A stretch of DNA of 63,728 bases, the filler included, from Dicyema japonicum (lineage: Eukaryota > Animalia > Dicyemida), in NCBI GenBank assembly GCA_011109175.1. It is 10 parts of 10 records of this genome, joined end to end, with 100 filler letters (N's around TTAATTAATTAA, not from the genome) between each part and the next. Parts side by side here need not be neighbours in the genome. Positions count along the whole stretch, not along the records: positions 23,065 to 25,853 come from RDEW01000082.1; positions 25,954 to 27,974 come from RDEW01000163.1; positions 28,075 to 52,473 come from RDEW01000110.1; 7 more parts are not named here. One strand, written 5' to 3'. Positions 23,150-36,709 of the stretch are shown in pieces; position 1 is the first letter of the stretch, and every line of letters starts with the position of its first letter. The notes beneath the pieces were generated by a model. It had not been told where the DNA came from. It made no database searches and worked only from the letters and a program-made list of their open reading frames with translations. Both the position numbers and the translations under genes were made by a program.

Positions 23150-24300
23150 GAGTTGCCCACTCTTCCAGTCGCCTCGATAGAGAGACAATTCATATTCATT
23201 TATGGCTTTAAACAGGTTTACAGCATTGAACTTTGTATTTCTTTCTCACATTTTCAGCAATAGTGTTCAAGACTTTATGACATAACTTCCTATGTCCTCT
23301 AAAACACAGAGGTACCTATAGCTTTCATTCCCATCCATACATTTCACTTTATTCATGGATTCAAGATTGGTTACCGACTTTGAAATAATCTATCTCTTCC
23401 ATCATTCTAACCATCGTATCTTCTTTCTTTGCAGCATCTTCATATCATCGATACAAATAAATGGTTTGCTGAATACTTCCACTGGCAAATAAATAATTTT
23501 TGAAACTTATTCACGATTTTGCTGACGAATCTATTACTAAAGCAAAAAATGGGAAAACAGTAAGTCTCCCTGGAGTATTCCACCCTTCAATTCTACTTCT
23601 TCATATCATCGATACAAATCAATGGTTTGCTGAATACTTCCACTGGCAAATAAATAATTTTTGAAACTTATTCACGATTTTGCTGACGAATCTATTACTA
23701 AAGCAAAAAATGGGAAGACAGTAAGTCTCCCTGGAGTATTCCACCCTTCAATTCTACTGTCCCAATCCTCTCCATGTTTAAGTTTAAAATTCTCTCCATT
23801 CAGGTAGTCAGACTCTTCACGGAATTTCTTATCCAATTCGGAAGGTACGGATATTCCAATACACTACACAAAAAATCGTTATCGATGAATATTTTCTTAA
23901 CGTCATCCAAGTTTAAATAAATTATTTCCATACTGAATGCTCTCCTCGGTTCAGGAATTGTGAGTTTTTCCCAGTCTCGATGTTGGTAACTTCCACGTTA
24001 GAACTTCATATTCCCTTTGTTTTGCGTGGATAATATCGGTCATTTCGTTAAGATCCATAAATGGTTGGACGTAATTTGCAATAGCTGTATTCAGTGCAGT
24101 AAACACTTCCGTTTTGACCAGTCTGAAAGGGATTTTTCACGTCGGAGCCCTAGCATCCTATAGAAACAGGCGGACACTTTTGATTTGAATCTTTAACTCT
24201 TCCAGATACTTAAGTATCGTCCCATTCTTTAGTCTTGTGTTTGTGGATGAGATCATTGATTTACTTGTTTATCACAGACAGAGATTTATCCTGCGAACAT
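23150..24300 (-). mobile_element. Degenerate R4-like RT fragment
   Basis: GILQGDLLS, CIDDMK, SYRYLCVLED and NAVNLFKAINEY across frameshifts. Confidence 0.65.
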
Positions 24301-25249
24301 TGATTCGATTTTAAACGTTTTCTTAACAGATTAGTGATCTAGTAAAGGAAAAGAAGACCGCAATGTACAATGAATTCGCTAGGAATACAATTATTGTCAT
24401 CCGCGGATAAGAAAATCGGTAAAAAACTATACAGTGACGTCGAGAGTGTGGAAGAAACCATAGAAAAGTTTATAACAATCCACTGTAATTGCTCTGCTGG
24501 GGAGATTCAGAAAAGTGGATTTTGCAAAGACCCGTTGCCAATGAAGTATCTCAAGGTTCTTTCCTTTCACCAGCATTATTCTACTTATGTATTGATGCTG
24601 CAACCCACAAATGAAAATTGCATTATATTTTCCTATTCAATAAATAAAATATTCGGATAATATTATCATCACTGCACTGAATAAAATAAATAAAATATTA
24701 AATAAAATATTCGGATAATATTATCATCACTGCACTGATACGAGGATCACTTACTTTACACAATAACTTTTTCCTCTTCCTGTGTTCACGGGGTTATAAT
24801 CTTCCTGTGTTTCTTCTGCCAAAAGTGTGGAAAACCGAATTGCAGAAAACCGGTGGCTAACAAAAAAGTAAAAACCAAGAGCGGACGCTACCAGTGATCT
24901 GTCAGGCTGCGCAGAACTCGGATGCGGACCAGGACAAGAGGTAGCCGTATTCTGGCCGTCAAGGAGGCATGATGGTCAAAGTAGAGCGGACGATTGTCAG
25001 ATTTTTGGAAACTAAGTCGTGGATCGTTTTCAGACGTGAATGAAAGGTTCAGTCTCCGGGATGGTATTATGAATACGAACTTCGTCACCGAGTTAGGTAT
25101 GATTTTCCTTTTGTTTGTAGAAAACCAAAGGCAGTGAGTAGATGACTTGGCGAAAAAATTCATTTTATAGTTATACTTTGAAATACATTTAAATTAATCT
25201 TAATTTTAATAATCTATTTCGTTATAAAAATATAAATATAAATTCGAGA

Positions 25250-25659
25250 CTATGTTAAGCTCTGAATTAATACTTTTAGAGCGGTTTTATCACTCAAGAC
25301 TCTTGAATTATGTGGGGAGTTTAAAATTGGCATAATTTAGTTCATATTCTAGCTTACCGGTAGTGCAATGATGCCAATATTCTACGGAGGAGATATTCTG
25401 TTTGTGAGCTTAGTGGGGACATTGTAATCTTGAGATCTCTGGTAGACACATCAACTCTGTGCAGACGAATTATTGCTTCAGAAAAAGAATATCACATTGG
25501 TGGTTGGTGGATTATATATTTTGGATTCTACGTGGTCACATAAGGGTCGAAAGTGGTAACAATGACAAAACTCATGATTATAACGAATTTGGAGCTGTCC
25601 CAGTCGCTCTAGTTCTCGGAAAAGTTGTTTATCGGTTTGACTCTGGTATTCAGTCATAG
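25250..25659 (+). pseudogene. Mitochondrial inner membrane peptidase (IMP1/IMP2, S26 family)-like, splice sites and catalytic residues altered
   Basis: ELCGEFKI-LTGSAMMPIFYGGDILF, GDIVILRSLVDTSTLCRRIIASEKE and LRGHIRVESGNNDKTHDYNEFGAVPVALVLGKVVYRF align with the IMP1 boxes G-x-S-M-x-P, GDIV..ICKRVIG and GHVW.EGDN..S.DSR..GPVP. Confidence 0.65.
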
Positions 25660-26959
25660 CCTGAAGACTCACTCTGTGATTAATTCTATTAAGTGGAAGA
25701 GATATTTTTTGTGTGTTTTACATTGCTACAAGAAAAACACTCCAAGTAGATTTTTTGTTCAAATATGGGCTTGGAAGGGTGGATTGATGTCACGGAGATT
25801 CATATCACGTGGTCATTATGGAGGGTTGAGAAAAATAACTACGACCAACGTGTNNNNNNNNNNNNNNNNNNNNNNNNNNNNNNNNNNNNNNNNNNNNTTA
25901 ATTAATTAANNNNNNNNNNNNNNNNNNNNNNNNNNNNNNNNNNNNNNNNNNNNGGAGGGCATCGATCCAAGTGCCACTCCATTCGCATCTTCCGGTAACA
26001 ATACAGGCACGTCAATGTTGGTTTGATTGGTCAGAAGCTTTTCTCTTCGCAGATGGACCAGTAACGGTCTTTCTATTCAGGCATTTTGACTCTTAGATGC
26101 TCCATATCTTTGATCTCCAACGATTCTGTGGAGAGTTAGAGAGACAACTTAATCAACACCTGAAACTTAAAAATTTAGACACTCAAAAAAATAACCACGT
26201 GGTCAGGCCCTATTGAAATATTTAAACCAAATTAACAAATAAGCTTATTAAATCAATTTAAAAAATAGCTTTTTAATTTCTAAAACCAAATTATTAAAAG
26301 TGTTATTTTGGGCTTAAAACAAGCACTTTTTCTGGTCCCCGAATAGATGCAGATTCTCCGGGATTTGACCCCACTTGCCCCAACTTTTTTCGGGTACGCA
26401 CTTGCATATATGTTGCCCCTTTAAGACTGACATACTTGTCTTGACCTTAGCTCCCCCCAGGGATCACAAATGAAGACTTTGAATTTCGTGAAATTTCGAT
26501 TAATATCACTCCTTAATATCAAGTGGCGTGACCTTCAATGCTAATTTCAAAACTTTCAACTTTAGTCATTTCTAGGCATTAATACAAGAACCCAGAAATC
26601 CCTGAAATGGGGGACAATGGGAGACAGCCCACGTGGGTAAAAAATCAAAACTTTATTTTTTTAAACTTTATTTAAACACTTTTCTTCTTACAAATGCAAT
26701 AATAAACTACTTATTTCAAGTCTCCTAAGCACTTTAAATTGTAATAAAATGGTCCCACAAAAAACTAAATAGCACGTGGTCAAAACGTACAAAAAGTACA
26801 GATACGCAGNCCACGTGGGTAAAAAATCAAAACTTTATATTTTTAAACTGTTTATTTAAACACTTTTCTTCTTACAAATGCAATGATCAACTACTTATTT
26901 CAAGTCTCCTAAGCACTTTAAATCGTAATAAAAAGGTCCCACAAAAAACTAAATAGCAC

Positions 26960-27250
26960 GTGGTCAAAAAGTACAAAAAGTACAGATACGCAGGGTGCGC
27001 TAAATCCTTTGGTGAAGGGATTCCAATTCCACCAAAGCTAAAGGGTAAGGTTGCTTGATCCCACTCCTGGTCGTAAAATTTAACATTTTTAAGACTTTCG
27101 ATAGTGGTCCGGAAGATGGAATTGATAGTGCTGATCAGTTTCATTTTTAGGTAATGAAGTGCCCCCGAAGAACGTAGTTTAATTTTTTTGCTGACATGAA
27201 GTTTCTCAGCAGGAATAGAGATGTATGTGCGTCCAGCATCTACAGACATT
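26960..27250 (-). mobile_element. CRE-like retrotransposon fragment
   Basis: FRTTIESLKNVKFYDQEWDQATLPFSFGGIGIPSPKDLAHPAYL in ORF 26887-27291. Confidence 0.7.
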
Positions 27251-28266
27251 GTATGTTGTTTTTTGTTGTTCTTTTGTTCTGAGACGTTCAAAATGGGACG
27301 AAATAGATAAATCAGTAGATGTATGTGCGTCCAGCATCTACAGACATTGTATGTTGTTTTTTGTTGTTCTTTTGTTTTGAGACGTTCAAAATGGGACGAA
27401 ATAGATAAATCAGTAATACTAGAATTCCATCATTGATATTTTTAACCACCGCAAACTTCCACATGCTTGTTATAAGTGGCATTCTATCCCTTAAGCAAAA
27501 CCTACATTCCGGTCGCAGAGATGACTCCGACTCTGTCGTTTATTATAATTGCTATTGACACGTTTAGCCTTGGTTTTGAAACTTGTTGACAGTCACGTGT
27601 ATGAGGCTAGTCAATTTGATTCTATGTATTATGGTAATAATAAATTTCAAGTCTCTAGAAGGAAAGGGCCGAAAAAATTGTAACAGTCGTCTGAACCCCT
27701 TCATGAGTAGAAAGTAATAAAATTGAATCGATCTCATTCAAGTCGTTTTCGTTTCAAATAACTGGGGGAGTAATCGTTTTACCATTGGGTTAGTACAATA
27801 CCTAATTTTCAAACAATCGATGAGCTAGCACCTGCATCACTTATGCATTCATCGTGGGAATTCTTTCATATCTTGGGCTTCTTTATAGCGGATCTTTGTG
27901 ACTGAGATTGGGTGAATTTTACATCTATAGAAGACGCTTTTTTGCGAAAAGAGGAATTCATTAAGAGTTAAATTNNNNNNNNNNNNNNNNNNNNNNNNNN
28001 NNNNNNNNNNNNNNNNNNTTAATTAATTAANNNNNNNNNNNNNNNNNNNNNNNNNNNNNNNNNNNNNNNNNNNNTACTTTTTATTGTTTTAAATATATTG
28101 GATCTTTAGGATCACTTAATCTCGTGGTGTACCATGTTTCATACTATTTTTAAATTATTTATATTTTAATTTATATTATATTTTTTATTATTAGAAATTT
28201 AATATTAGTGCTGTTTCATTTAGTTTAATGAATATTTTGATATATTTACATGCAATTTATGAATAG

Positions 28267-30905
28267 GTGGAGTTTGATGGAAAAGATCTCATTTTAACTC
28301 CGACGCAGATTGTTGCAATGATCCTGGGAAAATTAAAGACATTAGCTGAGGCTTCAATGAATACGAGAGTAACTGATACTGTCATTTCTGTTGAGAGTGA
28401 TTTTTGGCTATTAGTGTAGGTTCCCTTGTTCTTCACTGATCCTCAAAGAAGGGCTGTTATTGATGCTGCAGGGATCGCTGGAATGAACTGCATTCAAGTC
28501 AGCTCCGATGTGGCTTCGGGTTTGTTTCTTACTTATTTAGTGGCTGTCAGTTACGGCTATTATAAGAAAAACATTTCAAGCACTCCCCCAGGGGAGATTG
28601 TAACTGCTATCGTTGACTTCGGTCAGACATCACTACAAACTGCTATTTGCCAGTTCAAGGATGGGTCACTCTCTGTATTTAAACGGTTTATTAACACAGA
28701 TACTCTCCGTTGCTTACGACGAACTGATTGGGGGATACAGATTGGACTTGATTCTCGCTGAGTACTTCGCAAGTGTCTTCAGGGTGAAATATAAGATGGA
28801 AGTTGACCCAAAGTCAAAGGCCTACCAAAAATTGATTTTGGCATGCTCGAAGGTGAAGAAGACAATGTCAATGAATCCGAATGTAATAAACTTCACGTTG
28901 GAGGTATTTCAAAATGACACTGATGTTTCGGCTGAAATTTCTCGGTTATTTTTTGGATGCATTTTTAGGGCGAAATTTGAAGAATTGTCAGAGCAAGTGT
29001 ATGTGAGAGTTGTCTCTGTCTTGGAGACAGCTATTTCTCGATCTGGGAAAGAAAAGTCAGAGATACAAGCTGTTGAGTTGGTTGGAGGTTGCTCACGTGT
29101 CCCAAAGTTCATACAAACAGTGGAATCTGTCTTTGGAAAGCCCTCAAGCCATACATTGAATGCCGATGAGGCTGCAGCTCGTGGATGTGCAATTCAAGGT
29201 GCCATTCTGTCCCCAACTCTACGTTCTGCTCCGTATTCCATAAAGGACTGTCTCCCTTATGAGATCACCCTGCATTCAAACCCACCGACAGATGACCAGT
29301 TGGCATGACACGTGTTAAACTTTGTAGAAAAGAACTGCTACTGACATTGCCTGCAGGGACGTCATTGCCAACTGGATTCAGGCTAACGTTGAGCTATGGG
29401 GGACCATTTACCCTGATTGCCTCCTACTCTGAGGATCCAAGATTGTTTAGTCGGACTATTGGTGGAATTATCTTGTTATTAAAGCTGAGTTCAAAATTGA
29501 TCTGGACAGACCTTCTAAGGAAGTCGAAGTAAAGTTCATTGTGGATAAGAATGGGATTGCCAAAGTGAGCAATGCTATTCTGGTGGAAAGATACACAGAG
29601 GAGGTTGAGGATGTTCAAGAAACTCCTCCGAAAAGTACAGTAAAAGATTCAAATCCACCAAAAACTTCTGATCAAACGGGTTGACATAATAATGTTATCT
29701 TAGATGTCAATGGAGATAAACCGGAGCCTTCAGCTGAAAAGGAGGAGAATGGTGATGGCAGTCATAAGGAAGCTCCCATGGAGGTTCAGGGAAAGGAAGA
29801 TGAGAAGGATAAACCAGTAGAACCTCCCGCTAAGGTGATTATCTTGTCTATAATGCGATATCTGTGCAATGTTGTAGGTGGAACAGTCGCCATGTGTGAT
29901 TAAACGATTGTTTTCGTATTTCACAAAAAACGATAAAAATGTTATTGCATTATTATTTTATATTCAATATTTAGTTAAATTTTTACTTTATTAGAAAACC
30001 GTACAAAAGAAGCGAGTAACAAACCTTCCAGTGACAGTGAGTTCAACTAGTCTAAGAAAGGAAGTGTTTACTAACTACCAGGACGTTGAAGTAGGATAGT
30101 GTTTAATATGTGTCTAGATGGACATGCAATTGTTCATTAGACATGAAATTGAGTTGGATATCTTGAGGAATGGATTGGAGGGTTTAATACTCAACTTCCG
30201 CTCTGATTTTGGGGAAAGTCTTAAGCCTTATATAAATCCTGAGGTATCCCTTTGATTATATCTAAGTATTTCTCTACCATTGAAACCGTGTTGGATGAGA
30301 CTGAAGACTGGCTTTATGGCGTGGGTCAAAATGCTACGAAAAAAGAGTATTTGGATAAGAAATCGCAAATTGAGGTTGTCGTTTCCATCGAGACTGTAGG
30401 TTTATTATTTCCCTGCTAAAACGCGCGCTTTTGAGTACGAAAATTTTCCACATTGTATGGAAGAGCTCTCAGCCCAGTTGACACGTGTAGGTGAACGGGT
30501 CCGTCTTGTAGAAGCCGTATTAATTTTTGTTAAGTTTTAGGGAGAGTATGATTACCTGTGTGAAGAGGATAGGTCCTCTGTGTTGAAGGGGACCGCTGAG
30601 GTTGTGGAGTGGTTTCAGAAGGCATCAGCTCTTCGTAAGAACATCTGCTTGTTTTCTGACCCCTGTGTGACTGTGGCAGAGGTTAATGAACGACTGAAGG
30701 TTTGATGGAGGACATATAGTAGGTTCTGAATGGGGAGATAATGCCTATATTGTCTAAACCTAGACCAGAAGTTGTGCCTCCTCCTGTGGAGAAGGATGAA
30801 ATGGTTGTTGAGGGAGAAGCAGGCAAACCTCAAGAGAAGGAGGAAATGGTTGTTGAGGGAGAAGCAGGCAAGCATGAAGAGAATGCACAAATGGATGTGG
30901 AGTAG
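28267..30905 (+). CDS. HSP110: Hsp110/HSPA4-type Hsp70-family chaperone, 5' end lost in the upstream gap, about 14-15 exons
   Basis: Spliced frame is open: VPLFFTDPQRRAVIDAA, VDFGQTSLQ, VELVGGCSRVP, TLNADEAAARGCAIQGAILSP, acidic insertion, ETEDWLYGVG, ending QMDVE-TAG. Introns of 30, 21, 25, 24, 29, 23, 24, 27, 23, 25, 24 and 23 nt, plus a longer one near 29835-29995 (a possible 18-nt micro-exon inside it is uncertain). Confidence 0.93.
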
Positions 30906-31347
30906 ATTATTTTGATTTACATTGGTTCTTTTATTTGGCTTATTGTTATTATTTTTCACAAAAATTCAATTTATTCAGAACATTTAGCGACTAGTTGAAT
31001 AACTTTTTCTATTAAAGGAGCCAGTTCTCACAGCTGAAAACGCATTAACTCCTCGATTGTCGTTTCTTTTGTACGGTTTTATTTAGTTTTCGATTCTCGA
31101 CTCGAGTATTGGTTTTCAACATGAATTGTGGATCTCCACCGGCGCTACTGGCTATTGAGTGAATCTCGCTTAAATTTTCTCAGTAATTAGTAAGTTAGTG
31201 TTTAACCGTCAATGTTAATCATCATTAGTTATTGATATCACATATGTAGCTTAAGTGATGCCATTTTATTATGTGTTGGTTTTGTGAGAAATTTTAACTG
31301 TAATCATTGATTAGTGTGCTAGTCTATTGTTTGTGCTTCAATTAGTA

Positions 31348-33012
31348 CAGTAAACTCTACCAAATTTGCCATTTTTGATTGAATTTTTTTGGCAAATTTC
31401 AGAATTTAATCAATAATTTTAAAATAGTTATTGGGCAACTTCTCATCGATGAAAACAACTAAATTTGATTTTATTACGAAAAAAAATTATTAAAAAAATG
31501 AAGTATTACATTTTATAGAAATAAAAATCAATTCCCATTTGCTTTTTTTATATTTCCGATATTTGCATTAAATCTTCTAATAGATGTAATAAGGACGACG
31601 TCCTCTTCGTTTTCAACGTTCTCATGAAGATCCTTTTCAATTTCGCTTAGCTTGGATGCTCTTTCATTCTATTTTAGAGTTTTCAATTCAGTAGTTTCTT
31701 CACAGATGATTATTTCATCATCAATTAATGATGTTATTTCTTTGCATTTTTTTCAGAATAATGTATAGACATAAATTCTTCGATTTCAATCGGATCGTGA
31801 ATATCCGAATTATATTTCTTTTGTTCACATTTACTAATGGTGTGCTAGTACCCGATTTTTTTTGAATTTGGAAACAACTTTTGATTGTTTTAGTTATACA
31901 TCTTCCCAGGCCATTTTTATAAATAGAACAGTGTCTTTAAGGTTCAAATTTTTATATGATTCATAAACGGACATGTTTTTTTCCAATAATCCACTAACAT
32001 ACTTCAATTTGTGTCTATTAAAGTGGACTTTGAATGTTTTAATAATTCCCAAATCCATTGGATGAATTATTCCTGTAACATTTTTAGGAAAGAACATTAT
32101 TTTAATATTTTCCAAATTCGATGGCAAGCAATGAGAAGGACAATTATCTATAAGAAGCAAAATTGACTTCTCTGCCCTAAAAAATTATTATTATTTCTGC
32201 CCTAAAAAATTATCGAATTTTATCATCCAGTTAATAAAAATACATGCGGTCATCCATGCTCTTTTGGAACTGTAATACGAAACAGAACACCGATAATCAT
32301 ATTTTTTTAAACACTTGGCATTTTTGATTTTGCAATCAATAAAGGCTTTAATTTATGATTTCCAGACATATTTGTGCATAACATCACAAATACTCTATCT
32401 TTGAAGTTTTTGTATCTTCCGAACGGAGTCTTGCAGATACTTCTGGATGGAATAAGCTTGTAAAAAATCCCAGTTTCATCCAGGTTATAAATCTGATCAC
32501 AAGTATATGACTGAAACTTTTTGAAATTCTTTGAGAAACAATGCACCTTAAAATTTAAAAACATTAGAATACCTTTTGATTCCATCGAATCCACCCGCTC
32601 AACATGCTTTTCATCAAGTTGTGGGAACTAAGTTTTTGACTGTTTTTGCTGAGGAATTTTTAGTTTTTTAATTGTTCCAAAATTGACTCACGACTCTTTA
32701 AGATAGCGTTAACTGTCCTTCGGCAAATGTTCACTTTAAACAAAAAGGAAAATTTATCGGCAATTTTTTGGCGTGATAATAAGTTGTTGTCCTCCTTATA
32801 ACGCAATATTTGCACTTTTTTTCGATAGTAAGTCTTGTACGTCGACCACTAGTATCACAACGAGGCATGTTACTTGAATAAAGCTTTATTGTTTTAATTT
32901 TCAGTAATTTTTTTAAACATTTAAAAAAAAACTGGCAAATTTCCACTAAAATTGGACTATTTCTTTAAAAAATGGCAAATCTGAGAATTGGCAAATTTAT
33001 GAGATTTTACTG
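31348..33012 (-). mobile_element. pogo/Tigger transposon, degenerate
   Basis: TA-CAGTAAA(C/A)TCT..AAATTTGCCA TIRs; IYNLDETGIFYK, KDRVFVMLCTNMSGNHKLKPLLIAKS and LLIDNCPSH..PMDLGIIKTFK. A partial duplicate of the 5' end lies at ~33120-33372. Confidence 0.9.
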
Positions 33013-34879
33013 TACTTTTATTTGTCGTTTGTTGGTTATTTGTCCCGTGGAGCTTGCATGATGGATGTTTTAGTGATAGTATTTTTGTGTCTCAAACAAT
33101 ACAGTTTGCTTCTTGNAATGAAAATTTATCAGCAATTCTTTGGAATGATAATAAGTTGTTGTCCTCCTTATAACGCAATATTTGCACTTTTTTCGATAGT
33201 GAGTCTTGTACATCAACCACTAGAATCACAACGAGGCATGTTACTTGAATAAAGCTTTTAACACTTTAAAAAAATCTGGCAAATTTCCACTAAAATTGGA
33301 TTTCTTAACAAATGGCAAATCTGAGAATTGGCAAATATAAGAAATGTCAAATTTATTAAATTTTACTGTACTTTTATTTGTCGTTTGTTGGTTATTTGTC
33401 CCGTGGAGCTTGCATGATGGATGTTTTAGTGTAATAGTATTTTTGTGTCTCAAACACTACAGTTTGCTTCTTGGGATTTTCAAATTCACGTCGTTTTGTG
33501 GTGGTTCAGTAGAAATAAAGGGATCTCTAACCTTTTCCGACCAGAAATGGGCTATGTTCATATCGTTGGTGTGCAAGTCATTCTAACGGAATTTGGAACA
33601 ATGACTCTGAAACACAAAAATGATCAAACAACGATAGAAACCCTGTAAGATGAGGCCAACATCTTGACAAATCCTCATAAAATAGAAACAGTTTAATCCA
33701 GGAAAACTGTAGTAACACTAAAGGAATATCGAAAATTCATTGTGTCTATGATGGGAGATACCGGGACCACATTATTAGTTAGGGCTAAGTACATTTCTTT
33801 CTGTTCCTGTGGAAAGGTTTTTTCTAGAAGTCTGTTTGGGTGGTTGGATGCTCCTAGGAATTTCTGTTGTTGTTAACGGAGAGTCAGAGACTTGGAATTA
33901 AGACCCGTGACTGTTGGCGGTAACCTCGATGGTGGGTAACTTGGTTTATTATTTTGACGAGTCGTTCATATAAGGAGTCAGGTTATTTAAAGTGCGAAAG
34001 TCGTCCAGTTCCTCAACTAAGACATTATGTGGCGGGTTTATAAATTTTGTGGAAAGGGAGGTGTCCATTGNATGTGGCGGGTTTATTAATTTTGTGGAAA
34101 GGGAGGTGGCCATTGACCTTAATGCGTCAGAGTAGATCAGGTTTGAGTGGGTAAATTGGTGGTAGATAATTGATTTCGGCTTAATTGTATCAGGACACAT
34201 AACCTGTCCAAATTTCCGACCAATTAACCGCCAAATAGTCGCATCTTCAATTTCGTGGAACGAAATATGAACCCGGACAGTTTTTTGCTAGGAACTTCGG
34301 TTTTCTGATGTCACATGTTTTCTCTCCTCATCAATGTTCACGAAAAGAAGACAATACTTTTCATTCAACTTTATGACCAATTAACCAGTTCGATCAGTAT
34401 TTCTCAACTTTTTTTGTATCCCATCTATGGAACGATTTAAAAAAACTGTCTATAATTTATCACCCCCGTCATAACTATAAATATTAATGTTATAATTCCA
34501 GAAAATCGTGGTAGTGATTATGAAAGGTAACTTCCAATGTGTGCTCAATGCAGGCAGGTCATATTGGAGACCTGTCATAACAACTTTAATTTATTAATTA
34601 ATTGTTTTTATTTTTTATTTTTATTTTTTAAAGACAATTATTTAACAAAGAAACAAATGTTAGTTAAGAAAGCCTGCTTCGTGGATCGTGGACGAGTTAC
34701 CTTGGAGTATGGCCATTNAATATTAATGTTATAATTCCAGAAAATTGGGTTAGTGATTATGAAAAGTAACTTCCATTGCGTGCTCAATGCAGGCGGGTCA
34801 TAATGGAGACTTGTCATAACAACTTTAATTTATTAATTAATTGTTTTTATTTTTTATTTTTATTTTTTAAAGACAATTG

Positions 34880-35030
34880 TTTAACAAAGAAACAAATGTT
34901 AGTTAAGAAAGCCTGCTTCGTGGATCGTGGACGAGTTACCTTGGAGTATGGCCATTCCAATCATTTGTCTCAGCCAGAACCCTTCTTGTTGATCCATTTT
35001 TTTTCTGGTAAGCATTCCTTCGGCTCTTGA
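34880..35030 (-). mobile_element. CRE-like element 3' end (duplicated at ~34640-34717)
   Basis: EGFWLRQMIGMAILQGNSSTIHEAG*, homologous to EAVWLRQRIGIAVVRGN at 60350; followed by an A-rich tail. Confidence 0.6.
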
Positions 35031-36027
35031 TGACTTGTATTCATTTAAAAAATTAATTACTAATTTTTATTTAAAAATTTGTTAATTTAACCCTTTCTTG
35101 ATGGACTAAGAGAACCTGCAACGAAAACCGAAGTGATCGGCTAATGAATAGTCTCCGGTCAGTCGTACCTACCGAAATTGTTTCAGATTTCAAGAAAAAC
35201 ACCGAGAATAATGAAGATGCTACAAGAAAAAAAGGAACCAAATGAATCCTTAACTAATAATTACCACACTTTGTTACAAACTATTTAAAATAAGAAAATC
35301 CATTCCCAAACACGATCGTTAATGCCGAGAAATCAAAATAAGTCCTAAAGTAGGACACCCTGATCTATTTCCTGTATCGCCATTCTTCTGCTCCNACCAA
35401 ATGAATCCTTAACTAATAATGACCACACTTTGTTACGGACTATTTAAAATAAGAAAACCCATTCCCAAACACGATCGTTAATGCCGAGAAATCAAAATAA
35501 GTCCTAAAGTAGGACACCCTGATCTATTTTCTCTATCGGCATCCGTCTGCTCCCACTATTGCATGTAGCTTTGCTTTTCATTCACAACAGCTCCATGCTC
35601 CAGTTTAATTCCACATCAGAGATATTTTCAAACTAGTCACTTTTAACACTTGTCATTTAAAACACGACGCAGTTTAAAAGGTAGAAGTTGGTAAGACGAT
35701 TTTTTTGAAGTTCGTGTTCTTGTTAGTTCTCCATGACTACCAGAAACCTACGTATGCCGGCAGTTCTCTGGAAGCGTCACAACTTTGTGGTATGCCTCTA
35801 TACACGACGCAGTTTAAAAGGTAGAACTTGCTAAGACGATTTTTTTGAAGTTCGTGTTCTTTTTAGTTCTCCATGACTACCAGAAACCTCCGTACGTCTG
35901 CAGTTCTCTGGAAGCGTCATAACTTTGTGGTATGCCTCTAAACAGTCGCAATCTTCCATTATGTTAGGGAAATAGTCAAAAGAACAAAGATACTTTAATT
36001 AAAAATATTAACAAAAAATAAATATTT

Positions 36028-36709
36028 TTATTCATCATCACTATAATAATCTTCATTGTAGTAATCGTCATAGAGATCATCCTCGGGTTGATCGTCCTCA
36101 AATATAGGGTCCAAATTTAGATCGTCGTCGTATTCTTTGGGGCATCTGTACTTATCATCCTCCGTTAAGAGATATCTAGTCTCTCCGCAGATTCTGCATA
36201 TGAATGAACGTGACTGTTCAGCGAGTTCTCTGATTTTCAGAGTAGGATAAATTAATTCCCGGAAATCGTACTCAAAGTCCGTAAAAAGGGTAATAATAGT
36301 AAGAAGCATTGTCCTTACTATGATATCAGAATCAAATCAACTCGTCCAGGTTGGTAACCATTTTTCAGCATCACTTCCAGGTTTGGTAAAGCAGATAGGT
36401 TTATTTAGTTGGAAGTGTCCATTTGGCTGATTTAGTTATAAATGACTACTGTAAAAATAAAGAAATTCGCATCTTCCGTTGGGTAATCTTTAGGAATGAC
36501 TATTTTTCCGTGATAGATTCCTCCTTGAAAGTTAGTTATTTGTGGGCCACGAATCGTAAAGTGCCACTTAAACAGATTATTTCTGCAAGGATGAGCGTAG
36601 TATAATTCTGTTGGTTGAGATAATTCTTGCACTTCGCTTAAAAGTCGAAATACGGCTTTTAATAAATATAAATGTTACCAGGATCATTGTAATTATATTT
36701 TTGATTCAT
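36028..36709 (-). CDS. UBE2J1: UBE2J1/Ubc6-class ubiquitin-conjugating enzyme paralogue A, no transmembrane tail
   Basis: Spliced over 23, 23 and 24-nt introns: MNQKYNYNDPAVFRLLSEVQELSQPTELYYAHPCRNNLFKWHFTIRGP..GGIYHGKIVIP..PNGHFQLNKPICFTKPGSDAEKWLPTWTIRTMLLTII..SRSFICRICG, then an acidic tail. Confidence 0.88.

Noticed and set aside
24370-25163. ORFs 24370-24660 and 24888-25163 as genes
   Set aside because: No recognisable motifs, intron structure or paralogues in the window.
33480-34300. Possible LINE RT remnant
   Set aside because: Only vague similarity and no diagnostic motif survives, so it is not listed as a feature.
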